Assembly: GCA_963816185.1 (NCBI GenBank)
Contig: CAWFJJ010000024.1
Span: 672,001-736,000, forward strand
DNA: 64,000 bases
Reading direction: 5' to 3'
Origin: Thermoanaerobaculia bacterium
Lineage (GTDB): Bacteria; Acidobacteriota; Thermoanaerobaculia; UBA5066
The notes beneath the pieces are model-generated. The model had not been told where the DNA came from. It worked only from the letters and a program-made list of their open reading frames with translations, and made no database searches. Each line of letters opens with the position of its first letter. Within the stretch, counting starts at the first letter, position 1. Shown in pieces: positions 10,157-20,515 of this stretch. The position numbers and the translations under genes were made by a program.

Positions 10157-12556
10157 TCAGGACGGAAACCCGACGCGCTTGATTAACGCTGCGAAGCGGG
10201 AGTCGGAACGGATCGGCTCCCAGCGCAGGTCCCGTTCGAGCCAGACGAGCCAATGGGTTCGCTCCTCGACTCCCTTTTCCAGCCAGGCGAAGGCCCGATC
10301 CTTGTCTCCGAGCGCCGCATGAACGAGGGCCACGCCGTAAGCGGTGACGTATTCCTTCTTCGACCGCGCCTCCAGGTTGGAGAGAACCTGGAGCGCTTCC
10401 CGGCGCTTGCCCATGACGCCGTAGACGTAGCCGATCGCCGCGACCGTCGGCACCCACTCCTTGAGCGGCCCGGTCGCCTGGTACTCCGCGATGGCCTGCT
10501 CGTAGAGCCCCTTCGCCTGATAGACCCGCCCGAGGAAGAGGTGCGCAGGCGGGTATTGGGGATTCATCTCGAGGGCCTTTCGCAGCTCCTCCGCCGCCCG
10601 GTCCTGCTCGTAGCTGTAGTGAAGGAGGAAGCCCATGTCCGACTCGATCGGGACGGAGAGGGGATCGAGCTCGTGCGCTCGCTTGATCTGGGCGCGTGCT
10701 TCGGGGAGGCGCCCGGTCGCCGTCAAGAGGTAGGCGTACCAGTCGTGTGCCGTCGCATAATTCGGATTCAGCTCGATGGCTCGCTGGAACTCGCGCTCGG
10801 CTCCGGGCCAGTCCCAATCGAAATAGAACTTTTCGTAGGCCAGGGAGGCGTGCGGCTCGGCGAGAGAGGCATCCAGCTCGAGGGCCTTCCCGGCGGCCTC
10901 CCGCGCCTTTGGAAAGACTTCCCGGGGCGCGACGAGACTCAAGTATCCGAGCTGCGTGTAGGAGTCGGCGATCCCCGAGTAGGCCACGGCGTAGGCAGGA
11001 TCGACGTCCAGCGCCTGCTGGAAAAACCCGATTGCCTTCTTGAGGTTCTCGCCATCGCGCTTGTTCCAGAAGTACCGTCCCTTCACATAGGCCTCGAAGG
11101 CGGCCGGATCGACGCGCCTCGTCTTCGCGAGCTGGGATATTTCCGGTGGAGTCAGCTCGAGGCGGCCGGCGCGGGCGATCGCCTGCGCGATTTCACTTTC
11201 CAGAGCGAGCACGTCGTGGAGGTCACGTTCGTACGTCTGAGCCCAGAGGTGTTTGTCCGACGCCGCCTCGATGAGCTGGGCCGTCACGCGGACCTTGCTG
11301 TCCGCCCGCGAGACCGATCCCTCAACGACGGCGTCGACGCCGAGCTCCCGTGCGATCTCGGGCAGCCGCTTTTTCGTGTCGCGGTACGACATGACCGAGG
11401 TCCGGGAGGTGACGCGGAGCCCGCTGATCCGGGCGAGGTCGGCGATCAGCTCCTCCGTCATCCCGTCGGCGAAATATTCCTGGGTCGCATCGCCGGAAAG
11501 GTTCTGAAGAGGAAGAACCGCCAGCGATCGGATCGCGGTGCCTTTCCCTCGTGTGCCGAGGCGTCCGCGGAGACCGCCCACATCGAGGGCGAAAAGAAGC
11601 GCGGCGGCCAGGACGATTACACCCGCTGCGATGGCGGCGACTCGACCGCGACCCACCCTTGTGCCCACCATCGCCACGCCGGACATCTGAACCGCCGAAG
11701 CCGACGTCGACGCAATCTCGCGAAGCGCGTAGGTCAGATCGCGTGCCGACTGGAACCTCTCGTCGGGGCTCTTCTCCAGGCAACGCGTGATGACGCGCGC
11801 GAGCGCGAGAGGAATCGTCTTCCCTGATTCCGAAGGGTCCGGCGGCGATTCCTTGAGAATTGCCGCCATCGCATCGGCGGACGTCTTTCCCGCGAAAGCC
11901 CGCCTGCCGGTCACCATCTCGTAGAGCACGGATCCGAACGAGAAAATATCGCTCCGCGCATCCACAGGGAGCCCACGTACCTGCTCGGGAGACATGTAGG
12001 CGGCGGAGCCCATCACGGTGCCGGGCTGCGTCTGCGACGCCGTGAGGACCGAGCTGCCCACCTCCTCCGGTGCGCCGGGCTGGAGCCTTGCCAGGCCGAA
12101 GTCGAGGATCTTCACCCGTCCGTCTTCGGTGAGGAAGACGTTCTCGGGCTTCAGGTCCCGGTGGACGATCCCCTGCGCGTGCGCCGCCGCGAGGCCATCG
12201 GCGATTGACACGGCGATTTCAACCGCCTTTCGCCAGGAGAGTGACTCCCGATCGAGCCGTCCGCGAAGCGTCTCACCTCGGAGCAGCTCGGTGACGGAGT
12301 AGCACAGTCCGTCCTCGACCCCGAAATCGTGGATCGCGAGAATGTTGGGATGGGAGAGGGCTGCGACGGCCCGGGCCTCGCGCTCGAAGCGGCCCAAAGC
12401 GGCCGGGTCGGAAGCCAGGTGCTCCTGTAGCACCTTAATCGCGACCTCGCGGCCGAGACGTGTGTCCCGCGCGAGGTAGACGGCGCCCATGCCACCCGAA
12501 CCCAGATGCGAGAGGATCTCGTATGGCCCTAACCGGCTACCTTCTGAGAACGCCAT
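10157..12556 (-). CDS. Ser/Thr protein kinase with TM, TolB-N-like domain and TPRs
   Basis: [22 protein letters not shown]; [13 protein letters not shown]...[11 protein letters not shown]; TPR tail. Confidence 0.95.
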   Translation of the reverse strand: MAFSEGSRLGPYEILSHLGSGGMGAVYLARDTRLGREVAIKVLQEHLASDPAALGRFEREARAVAALSHPNILAIHDFGVEDGLCYSVTELLRGETLRGRLDRESLSWRKAVEIAVSIADGLAAAHAQGIVHRDLKPENVFLTEDGRVKILDFGLARLQPGAPEEVGSSVLTASQTQPGTVMGSAAYMSPEQVRGLPVDARSDIFSFGSVLYEMVTGRRAFAGKTSADAMAAILKESPPDPSESGKTIPLALARVITRCLEKSPDERFQSARDLTYALREIASTSASAVQMSGVAMVGTRVGRGRVAAIAAGVIVLAAALLFALDVGGLRGRLGTRGKGTAIRSLAVLPLQNLSGDATQEYFADGMTEELIADLARISGLRVTSRTSVMSYRDTKKRLPEIARELGVDAVVEGSVSRADSKVRVTAQLIEAASDKHLWAQTYERDLHDVLALESEIAQAIARAGRLELTPPEISQLAKTRRVDPAAFEAYVKGRYFWNKRDGENLKKAIGFFQQALDVDPAYAVAYSGIADSYTQLGYLSLVAPREVFPKAREAAGKALELDASLAEPHASLAYEKFYFDWDWPGAEREFQRAIELNPNYATAHDWYAYLLTATGRLPEARAQIKRAHELDPLSVPIESDMGFLLHYSYEQDRAAEELRKALEMNPQYPPAHLFLGRVYQAKGLYEQAIAEYQATGPLKEWVPTVAAIGYVYGVMGKRREALQVLSNLEARSKKEYVTAYGVALVHAALGDKDRAFAWLEKGVEERTHWLVWLERDLRWEPIRSDSRFAALIKRVGFPS

Positions 12557-12720
12557 GAGACTCCCACTTTGCGTCCATTCTAGTCGCTGCGTTGTCCGCA
12601 GGTAGCGTCCGGGCTCATGAAGAGCACGCTGACGAGGTTCGCATCGCGGCCGGCAGCGGGGAAGTCCCGAGGTGGCGGCCTTCCGTGCGGACGTCGTCCG
12701 ACTTCTCTAAACTCGCCCGT

Positions 12721-13122
12721 ATGCGACCCGCTCCCGAGAACGCGCAGCGAATCTATCTCAGGAGCGGATATGGCGGCGACCCGCTCGCGTTCTCCGTTCG
12801 ATGGTTCGTTCCGGCGGACTTCGACGCCGGCGGGGAGGCCGAGATCGCGAGCCACGCGACGGGAAAGGCCGAGCTGACGTCCTGCCTGACGCTTCTCGGC
12901 GTCACGGCCCTCGCCGTCATGGTCGGCGACGTCATGGACGGGACGCCGGTGTTCGATTTCAAGCCGTGCACTCCCACGGAAGCCGCCGAGCACGCCTGCC
13001 GGGAAGGCCAGCGCGCGCGGACCATCGCGTACTCGCAGACCGTCTACGTCGAGGCGGCGCCCATCGAGGTCTTCCGCCGCCTCTCGCTCTGGGAGAACGC
13101 ACGCCGGAGGTGGGCGCGATGA
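12721..13122 (+). CDS. hypothetical protein with a TrmO/TsaA-like DGTPVxDxKP motif
   Basis: DVMDGTPVFDFKP; stop overlaps the queD start (ATGA); start uncertain. Confidence 0.45.
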   Translation: MRPAPENAQRIYLRSGYGGDPLAFSVRWFVPADFDAGGEAEIASHATGKAELTSCLTLLGVTALAVMVGDVMDGTPVFDFKPCTPTEAAEHACREGQRARTIAYSQTVYVEAAPIEVFRRLSLWENARRRWAR

Positions 13123-13541
13123 GGGAGCCGTCCGTTCGCATCACGACGCACACGCACTTCTCGGCCGCCCACCGTCTCCATAACGAATCCAAAGACGCCG
13201 AGTGGAATCGCCGGGTCTTCGACAAGTGCAACAACCCGTACTCTCACGGGCACACGTACGGGCTCGACGTCACGGTGGAAGGGCCGGTGGACCCGCTCAC
13301 GGGCTGGGTGATGGATTTCGGCATGATCAAGCGAGTCGTGAACGAGCGGATCGTGAGGGCGTGCGACCGCAAGAACCTGAACGTGGACGTCCCGTTCCTC
13401 ACGGGCGTGAACCCGACCGCGGAGAACATCGCGATCCGCATCTGGGACGTCCTCGAGCCCGCCGTCTCTCCCGGCCGGCTCGTCAAGGTGGAGCTCCACG
13501 AGACGGAGCGGAACAAGGTCGTCTATACGGGGCCGCGGTGA
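13119..13541 (+). CDS. queD: 6-carboxy-5,6,7,8-tetrahydropterin synthase
   Basis: FSAAHRLH, CNNPYSHGHTY, PTAENIA, ETE. Confidence 0.9.
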   Translation: MREPSVRITTHTHFSAAHRLHNESKDAEWNRRVFDKCNNPYSHGHTYGLDVTVEGPVDPLTGWVMDFGMIKRVVNERIVRACDRKNLNVDVPFLTGVNPTAENIAIRIWDVLEPAVSPGRLVKVELHETERNKVVYTGPR

Positions 13542-14308
13542 GGGCCCTCATCTCCAACGACGACGGTGTGCACAGCCCCGGCATCGGTGCGCTCGAGCGT
13601 GCCGCGCGAAGCGCGGGGTTCGAGACGTACATCGTCGCGCCCGACCGCGAGCAAAGCGCCTCGGCGCACTCGCTCACGATGCACCGCCCGCTTCGCGTCC
13701 TGAAGACGGGCGAGAGGACCTGGGTCGTCGACGGGACGCCGACGGACTCGGTGAACATCGCGCTCTGCTCGGTCCTGAAGGCGAATCCACCCGACTTCGT
13801 GTTCGCGGGCGTGAACGCCGGCCCGAATCTCGGCGACGACGTGACCTATTCGGGCACGGTCGCCTGCGCGTTCGAAGGAACGCTGCTCGGCGTTCCGTCG
13901 ATCGCGTTCTCCCTGGACTACGCGCGCGACGCGGCCGGCACGGTCGACTATTCGGAAGCGGAGAAGGCGGCGGCGCAGATCATCGCGTGGGCGAGGGATC
14001 ACCCGCCCGCGCCGGATACGTTGTGGAACGTCAACGTCCCGGCGGGAAAGCCGAAAGGGTTTCGCTCCACGCGCATGGGTCGGCGGCGGTACGGAGAGAA
14101 TATCGTCGAGAAGATCGACCCGCGCGGTCGCCCGTACTACTGGATCGGCGGGACCTTCGTCGACACGAAGGCCGAGGGAACCGATCTCCTCGCGGTGGCC
14201 GAGGGATGGATATCCGTGACGCCGCTCCACATGGACATGACGGACTATCGCGCCCTCGCCGATCTCGACGGTCTCGGCGAGAAGATCGCTCCTCCCCGCG
14301 CGGGCTAA
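13538..14308 (+). CDS. surE: 5'/3'-nucleotidase SurE
   Basis: LISNDDG, QSASAHSLT, GTPTDSV, NLGDDVTYSGTV, DPRGRPYYW. Confidence 0.95.
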   Translation: MRALISNDDGVHSPGIGALERAARSAGFETYIVAPDREQSASAHSLTMHRPLRVLKTGERTWVVDGTPTDSVNIALCSVLKANPPDFVFAGVNAGPNLGDDVTYSGTVACAFEGTLLGVPSIAFSLDYARDAAGTVDYSEAEKAAAQIIAWARDHPPAPDTLWNVNVPAGKPKGFRSTRMGRRRYGENIVEKIDPRGRPYYWIGGTFVDTKAEGTDLLAVAEGWISVTPLHMDMTDYRALADLDGLGEKIAPPRAG

Positions 14309-14318
14309 GATCGAGCGC

Positions 14319-15023
14319 GTGAAACCGGTCGACCGGGACGTGGAGCGCGCCGCGCGCGCCGGGGCCGGCGCTCGCCGGGCGCTCGTGGAGAGGCTCAAAG
14401 CCGCGGGGCTCTGCCGGGATCCTCGCGTCTCGGAGGCGATGGGATCCGTTCCGCGCCACCTCTTCGTGCCGGCGGCGCTCCGGGGCGAAGCCTACGGCGA
14501 CCACGCGCTGCCGATCGGGCACGGCCAGACGATCACGCAGGCGGCGAACGTGGCCCGCGCAGCCGAGCTCGCGGCCCTGACGCCGTCCTCGCGCGTCCTC
14601 GAGATCGGAACCGGCTCGGGCTATCAGGCCGCCGTCCTCGCGCGCCTCGCGCGTTGGGTCTTCTCGCTCGAGCGCATCGCGGCTCTGGGGAAGGGGGCCG
14701 TGCACCTTCTCAAGACGCTCGGGATCTCGAACGTCTCCATCAAGGTCTTCGACGGCTCGTACGGGTGGAGCGAGCACGCCCCGTACGACGCGATCCTCGT
14801 GGCTGCGGCCGCGCCGGAGGTGCCGGACCCGCTCGTCGCGCAGCTCGCCGCGGGGGGGCGCCTCGTGATCCCGGTCGGCCCCGCGGCGCGGCAGAGGCTG
14901 CTCGTCGTCCGCAAGCTCCCGAACGGCCGGACGCGGGCCGAGGACGCCGGCGAGGTCGCGTACGTTCCGCTCGTGGGCCGCTTCGGCTTCGCGCCCGCCG
15001 GGACGGAGAGGATCTCCCGATGA
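14319..15023 (+). CDS. pcm: protein-L-isoaspartate O-methyltransferase
   Basis: VPRHLFV, LPIGHGQTI, VLEIGTGSGYQAAVL, APYDAI; follows surE. Confidence 0.93.
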   Translation: MKPVDRDVERAARAGAGARRALVERLKAAGLCRDPRVSEAMGSVPRHLFVPAALRGEAYGDHALPIGHGQTITQAANVARAAELAALTPSSRVLEIGTGSGYQAAVLARLARWVFSLERIAALGKGAVHLLKTLGISNVSIKVFDGSYGWSEHAPYDAILVAAAAPEVPDPLVAQLAAGGRLVIPVGPAARQRLLVVRKLPNGRTRAEDAGEVAYVPLVGRFGFAPAGTERISR

Positions 15024-15346
15024 ACGGGCGCGATCCGGCGGTGGACGATTCCGGCGGATGGACCGCCGCCGCGCGGCGCTTCAGGATCTCGGGCCGCGTG
15101 CAGGGAGTGGGCTACCGCGCGTTCGCCGCCCGAGCGGGCCGCGCGCTGGACCTCAGGGGCGGAGCCCGGAACCTCGACGACGGTCGCGTCGAGGTCGTCG
15201 CGTCCGGCGCGACCCATGCCCTGGATCGCCTGGAAGCGGCCCTGGGGGAGGGGCCGCACCTCTCGCGCGTGAGCCGCGTCGAGGTCGAGATCCTCGCCGC
15301 GCCTCCGTCGTCCGCCGATCTTGCCGCCTGCGACGTGGAGTTTTGA
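15020..15346 (+). CDS. acyP: acylphosphatase
   Basis: ISGRVQGVGYR and RNLDDGRVEV motifs. Confidence 0.9.
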   Translation: MNGRDPAVDDSGGWTAAARRFRISGRVQGVGYRAFAARAGRALDLRGGARNLDDGRVEVVASGATHALDRLEAALGEGPHLSRVSRVEVEILAAPPSSADLAACDVEF

Positions 15347-15371
15347 CATCGCCGTTTAAGATCGGAGAGAC

Positions 15372-17024
15372 GTGAACGAACGAAAAATCCTGATCGTCGA
15401 CGACGACGAGGACATTCTCCTCATCGTCCAGACGCTTCTCACGAACGCCGGCTACGCCCCGATCCTCGCGCGGAACGGGCGGGAAGGCATCGAGCAGGCT
15501 ACGGCGCTGCAGCCGGACGTGATCCTCCTGGACGTCACGATGCCGCAGATGTCCGGATGGGAGGTCTGCGCGACGCTGAAGAACCTGCCCGAGACGTCGT
15601 CCATCCCGATCGTGATGCTCACGGTGAAGTCCGAGATCAAGGACCTCATCACGGGGATGCAGGTCGGCGCCGACGACTACATCACGAAGCCGTTCACGAA
15701 GCGCCATCTGCTCGAGACCGTGGAACGGCTCCTCGAGCCGGGGGAGGGCCCGCGGTCGGCGTTTCTCCCGAGGGACACGGGAGACGCGCGGACGCGCAAC
15801 CTGCTCTTCGACACGGTGTCGGGCCTCCCGACGATCCCGGTCATCGTGGACGCGCTCCGGGAATGGCTCCTCGTCGACCAGGAAGTGGGCGTCCTGTTCA
15901 TCGACTTCGAGAAATACGCGCACATCGAAGACTATTACGGATGGGAGGTCTTCGACGACGTCCTGAGGGAAGCCGCGAAGGCTCTGAAGCGCCTTCTCGG
16001 AACGCTGTTCTCCACCGAAGACCTCATCGCGATCAACCGGCCATCGGGCTCGGAGTTCTACGTCTTCCTCTCGGTGCCGCCCGGCCTGCGGGGCGACGAG
16101 ATCCTCGAGCGGCTGCAACGCAAGGCGCGCCAGATCGAGGAGTCGCTGCGCGCGACGCTGAGCGAGAAGTTCGAGCACCGCATCCAGAGGAAGATCGGCC
16201 TGTACGTCGGCTACGCGAAGCTCGTTTACAGCCCGCAGGTCCGGCTCGAGCGGCTGGTCTACCGCGCGCTCCGCGAGGCGATCACCGTAGCGTCGACGAA
16301 AGAGGGCGAGCGCGCGGCGCTCTTGAGGGAGCAGTTCAAGGACGTGCTCGTGCACCGCCAGATCGAGACGCTGTATCAGCCGATCATCGACCTCGGGACC
16401 GGCGGTGTGTTCGCGCACGAGGCTCTTTCGCGCGGTCCGGCCGACTCGCCGTTCGAGAACCCCGAGATGCTCTTCGACTACGCGCTGAAATCGGACCAGG
16501 TGTGGAGCCTCGAGAAGATCTGCATGCAGTTCTCGGCCGAACGCTTCGTCGGAAAGCGCCCCGGCATGCTCTTCGTGAACGTGGAGACGGAGCTCATCCA
16601 CGCGCTGAAATCGCGCGGACACGAAGTGCTCCAGCCGCTCCTCGCGATCCAGAGCGGCGTCGTCCTCGAGATCACGGAGCGCGCCGCCATTCGCGACTAC
16701 GACCTGTTTCGCGAGAGCGTGAGGGTGCTCCGCGAGCTCGGTTTCCGCATCGCGATCGACGACGCGGGCTCGGGCTATGCATCGCTCCAGTCCATCGCCG
16801 AGCTCCGCCCGCAGTACCTCAAGATCTCGAACTACCTCGTGACGGGCCTCCACGAGGACTCGATCAAGCGCGACGTCGTCGAGATGCTCGTCCGTCTCGC
16901 CGCGCGCATCGACGCGGAGACGGTGGCCGAAGGCATCGAGACGGAGGCGGAGAAGGCCGAGGTGAAGCGTCTCGGCGTCACGTACGGGCAGGGCTACCTG
17001 CTCGGACGGCCCGCCCCGTTGTGA
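15372..17024 (+). CDS. response regulator receiver + degenerate GGDEF + EAL protein
   Basis: REC (LLDVTMP, KPF); SGSEF in place of GGDEF; EALSR, DDAGSGYASL, AEGIET, QGY. Confidence 0.88.
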   Translation: MNERKILIVDDDEDILLIVQTLLTNAGYAPILARNGREGIEQATALQPDVILLDVTMPQMSGWEVCATLKNLPETSSIPIVMLTVKSEIKDLITGMQVGADDYITKPFTKRHLLETVERLLEPGEGPRSAFLPRDTGDARTRNLLFDTVSGLPTIPVIVDALREWLLVDQEVGVLFIDFEKYAHIEDYYGWEVFDDVLREAAKALKRLLGTLFSTEDLIAINRPSGSEFYVFLSVPPGLRGDEILERLQRKARQIEESLRATLSEKFEHRIQRKIGLYVGYAKLVYSPQVRLERLVYRALREAITVASTKEGERAALLREQFKDVLVHRQIETLYQPIIDLGTGGVFAHEALSRGPADSPFENPEMLFDYALKSDQVWSLEKICMQFSAERFVGKRPGMLFVNVETELIHALKSRGHEVLQPLLAIQSGVVLEITERAAIRDYDLFRESVRVLRELGFRIAIDDAGSGYASLQSIAELRPQYLKISNYLVTGLHEDSIKRDVVEMLVRLAARIDAETVAEGIETEAEKAEVKRLGVTYGQGYLLGRPAPL

Positions 17025-17066
17025 ACGGCATCCGGAAGACGTGAACGTCGAGGGGAGGTCGATGTC

Positions 17067-18332
17067 ATGCGCGCCCCGTCATCGAGACCGATCTGGCTCG
17101 TCGTCCTCCTGCTCGGCCCGGGCCCTTCGGCCGCGCAGAACATCCTCGCGAACCCGGGCTTCACCGCGAGTCTCGCCGGATGGACGGTGGAGTCGGGCGT
17201 CTCGGCGGGCTGGTCTCCCCTCGACATCGCCGGATCGGCGGTGTCCGGCTCCGCGCTCGTCACGAATTCCTCGGGCGTCGACGGGTTTTCCGGAGGGCTG
17301 GCGCAGTGCGTCGCCGTGGTTCCCGGTGTCGGGTACGCGTTTCGCGTACGCTTTCGCGTCCCGTCGGCACAGTCGAGCGCCGCGCGGGTTCAGGCGGCTC
17401 TCGATTACTTCTCGGGTCCCTCGTGCGTCGGGACCACGACCGGCGGATTCGGAAACGACACCGGGGCGATCACGTCCGGATTCGACTCCTGGAACGACTT
17501 TGTCATCGGCACGGGCGTCATCCCCACAGGCGTGACGAGCGTCCTCGTCGGCGCCCGCCTCGCGAAGGTGTCTGCCGGCGGAGTCGTTCGGGCGTATTTC
17601 GACTCGCCTTCGCTGGCACCGGTCGCGACGCTCACGATTCCCGCTTCGGCGTCGATCCACGGGCAGAACGGAACGTTTTTTCAGACGGATCTGTGGGTTC
17701 TCGGTTCCTCGGCGCTGTTCGACGTAACGGTCACGGCCCGACATCGCTGTTTTGCTTCTCAGACCTGCACCCATGCGAGTCAGCCTTTCCAGGTCCATCC
17801 CCGCCAGTCCGTGTATTTCACCGACGCGCTCGTCACGCTGTTCGGCGATCCCGGTACGTCCGGGGCGATCGAGCTGAGCTTCGACACGGCCACTCCGATC
17901 ACGGTGCTGTCGCGAACGTACTCGCCGTCGCTTCCCGCGCCGACGACGGGGACGTCGGTGCCGGCGTCTGCCTCATCCGAGGCCCGCACGCGCGCGGTCC
18001 TGGTCGGGCTCGCCTCGAGCGGCGGCGACCTGTCCCAGGGCTTCCGCTCGAACGTGGGCGTCTACAACCCGGGCGCTTCGGCCGTCTCGGTGACGGTCAC
18101 GTTGCACGCTAGCTCGGGAGCGACGCTGGGGGATCCGGTTTCGCTCGAACTGGCGCCGAACGAAGCCCAGCAGGTGAACGACATCTTCTCCGCGGCGGGC
18201 GCCGGGCCGACTCTGTCGAGGAACGCGTATGCCGTCGTGACGTCCGGCGCGGCCGTGTTCTCCTATGCCACGGTCATCGACAACCAGTCCCAGGACTCCG
18301 TGTTCATTGCGGGGGCGGACGACGGATCCTGA
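17067..18332 (+). CDS. secreted protein with carbohydrate-binding-like N-terminal domain and a conserved C-terminal domain
   Basis: Signal peptide, QNILANPGF; C-terminal ASIHGQNGTFFQTDLW, FRSNVGVYNP, YATVIDN. Confidence 0.7.
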   Translation: MRAPSSRPIWLVVLLLGPGPSAAQNILANPGFTASLAGWTVESGVSAGWSPLDIAGSAVSGSALVTNSSGVDGFSGGLAQCVAVVPGVGYAFRVRFRVPSAQSSAARVQAALDYFSGPSCVGTTTGGFGNDTGAITSGFDSWNDFVIGTGVIPTGVTSVLVGARLAKVSAGGVVRAYFDSPSLAPVATLTIPASASIHGQNGTFFQTDLWVLGSSALFDVTVTARHRCFASQTCTHASQPFQVHPRQSVYFTDALVTLFGDPGTSGAIELSFDTATPITVLSRTYSPSLPAPTTGTSVPASASSEARTRAVLVGLASSGGDLSQGFRSNVGVYNPGASAVSVTVTLHASSGATLGDPVSLELAPNEAQQVNDIFSAAGAGPTLSRNAYAVVTSGAAVFSYATVIDNQSQDSVFIAGADDGS

Positions 18333-19468
18333 GGGCCCGAGGGACGCGGACGGGAGCTCAGGCGACCGGCGAGCGACGAGACCGTGGCGGATCGATCGCC
18401 TTCTCTCGTGCGGACGAGAAAGCGCGTGCCGGGTGCGGTCCGCTCGCGCTTGACGTACCCGAGGGCGGTCGCCGACCGGAAGCCCGCCGCGCGCGACGCG
18501 CTCGTCACGGCGCCGACCTTCTCTCCTTCGAAGAAGATCTCGCTGCCGGCTGAAGGAGCTTCGCCGTCCAGGAGCAGCCGAACCAGGCTCCGGTTCACGT
18601 GGCCGTACGTCTTGATGCGAGCCACCGTCTCCTGCCCGATGTAGCAGCCCTTCGTGTCGGAGACGAATCCCCGCTCTCTCAGCCCCGCCTCATCCGGGAG
18701 GACGGCTTCGGTCAGCTCGAATCCCCAGCGGGGGATCCCCGCCTGGATGCGCAGACTCTCCATGTCGGCGTCCGAAGCCTGCCTCGCCCCGGCGACGAGG
18801 AACGCCTTTCGGATCTCTTCTGAATGGGAAGAAAGGCAGCGGACGTCGTAGCCCGGGACGCCCGTCCGGTTCTCGCGAACGAGGCGGATGGGAATGCCGG
18901 TGTCGTGGCCTGTTGACTGAGGAGCATCGGGAGTCGCTGGTTCTTCTTCGAAAAGTAATGAGGCGTGGAACGAGGCCGTCAGCGCCTCCGGCGGCTCGTG
19001 CGCCGGAACGGCGCTGGAGGCCGATTCTTCGAATGGGATTCGCGCCGTGACGTGACCATGCGGCGTGTCCGGCAACGCCGCGGCGGGTCCAAGCCTTATT
19101 ACCTTTCTAAGAAATTCTTCTACCGCGTCTCCCGCCGCCGAATGCTGGAGGTGAAAGACGGCCGTCTCCGATGTGAGATTCCCGACTTCGACCTCGTTGA
19201 AAACCAAATACTTCCGAAGCAGATCTTCAATCTTCTTCGCGAGCTCCGGCTCGCAGTCGATCTCGAGGCGGTCCTCCTCGCAGAGGACGACGCAGTCGGC
19301 AAGGAGCTTTCCCTTCGGCGTGAGGAAGGCCGCCGCGCAGCCGGTGCCCGGCGTGAGCTTCTTGATGTCGTTCGTGACGAGGCCGTGGAGGAATGAAGCG
19401 CGCTCCTTGCCCGTCAGGATCACGGCGCCCCGGCCGGTCACGTCGAAGAAAAGAGGAGCGGACTCCAC
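18263..19468 (-). CDS. ygfZ: folate-binding YgfZ/GcvT-family protein with an internal insertion
   Basis: FLHGLVTNDI, FLTPKGK, KGCYIGQETVAR signature; start uncertain; 3' end overlaps the convergent gene. Confidence 0.85.
   Translation of the reverse strand: MESAPLFFDVTGRGAVILTGKERASFLHGLVTNDIKKLTPGTGCAAAFLTPKGKLLADCVVLCEEDRLEIDCEPELAKKIEDLLRKYLVFNEVEVGNLTSETAVFHLQHSAAGDAVEEFLRKVIRLGPAAALPDTPHGHVTARIPFEESASSAVPAHEPPEALTASFHASLLFEEEPATPDAPQSTGHDTGIPIRLVRENRTGVPGYDVRCLSSHSEEIRKAFLVAGARQASDADMESLRIQAGIPRWGFELTEAVLPDEAGLRERGFVSDTKGCYIGQETVARIKTYGHVNRSLVRLLLDGEAPSAGSEIFFEGEKVGAVTSASRAAGFRSATALGYVKRERTAPGTRFLVRTREGDRSATVSSLAGRLSSRPRPSGPQDPSSAPAMNTESWDWLSMTVA
18812..19117. repeat. cluster of dispersed-motif copies inside ygfZ
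   Basis: TTCTTCGAAAAGTAATGAGGC (18944-18964) is near-complementary to GCCTTATTACCTTTCTAAGAA (19093-19113); further copies at 18812 and 19023. Confidence 0.65.
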
Positions 19469-19745
19469 GCCCGGGATTCTCGCATTCGGCGACGCATCTT
19501 CGATCCGTGCGACAATGCGCCGACGTGACAGAGGTTTCGTGAACGACGCCGCCCCGAAGGCCGCGGGCGGCGCCCGGCGCCGGCGGCGCGGCGGGCGCGG
19601 ACGATCGGGCGCCAAGCCACAGGCGCCCGAGGACCTAGCCGATGCCCCGTTTCCGGAGGCCGAACCCGTTTTCGCCGCCCCGCCCCCCGTCCCCGTCACG
19701 TCGAATTTCATCGAGGGCATGGGGACCCCGCCGCCGGCAGGAGCC

Positions 19746-20501
19746 ATGAATCAGGAAGAACAGAATCTCGCCCTCTTCATCGACATCGACAACCTCCTCA
19801 TTGGATTGCGCGAGACCGGGCATCCGAAGTTCGACGTCAAGCTCCTCATCTCGCGGCTGTTGGAGAAGGGGAAGATCGTCGTCAAGCGCGCGTATGCCGA
19901 CTGGAGCCGCTACACGGAGTACAAGCGCGCCTTCCACGAAAGCGCGTTCGAGCTCATCGACATCCCGCAGCATCGCATGACCGGAAAGAACTCGGCCGAC
20001 ATCCGGATGGTCGTCGACGCGATGGACCTCGCCTCGAACAAAGAGCACATCACGACGTTCGTCATCGGTTCGGGCGACTCGGATTTCTCTCCGCTCGTGT
20101 CGAAGCTGAAAGAGAACAACAAGCAGGTGCTCGGCTTCGGCGTCAAGGGCTCGACCTCGGAGCTGCTCATCGACAACTGCGACGAGTTCCTCTACTACGA
20201 GGACCTCGTCCGCGAGAAGACGAAGACGGCGTCCCTCCAAGGCCTGCCCGAGAAGACCGCCGAGGCGTTCTCCCTGCTCATGGACTCCATCCTCGCGTTG
20301 AAGCGCGAGAACAAAGAGATCCTCTGGGGCTCGATGGTCAAGCAGACCATGCAGCGGAAGAACCCGTCGTTCAACGAGAGCTATTACGGCTTCCGTGCGT
20401 TCTCGGAGCTGCTCGAGGCTGCCGAAGAGTCGAAAGTCATCAGCCTGAAGCGCGACGCGAAGAGCGGCTCGTACATCATCACGGGCTTCGGGAACACCTG
20501 A
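19746..20501 (+). CDS. NYN (LabA/DUF88) domain protein with C-terminal OST-HTH/LOTUS
   Basis: ALFIDIDN, KRAYADW, KNSADIRMVVDA, SGDSDFSPL; FNESYYGFRAFSELL. Confidence 0.9.
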   Translation: MNQEEQNLALFIDIDNLLIGLRETGHPKFDVKLLISRLLEKGKIVVKRAYADWSRYTEYKRAFHESAFELIDIPQHRMTGKNSADIRMVVDAMDLASNKEHITTFVIGSGDSDFSPLVSKLKENNKQVLGFGVKGSTSELLIDNCDEFLYYEDLVREKTKTASLQGLPEKTAEAFSLLMDSILALKRENKEILWGSMVKQTMQRKNPSFNESYYGFRAFSELLEAAEESKVISLKRDAKSGSYIITGFGNT

Positions 20502-20515
20502 AGCGCTCGAGACGC

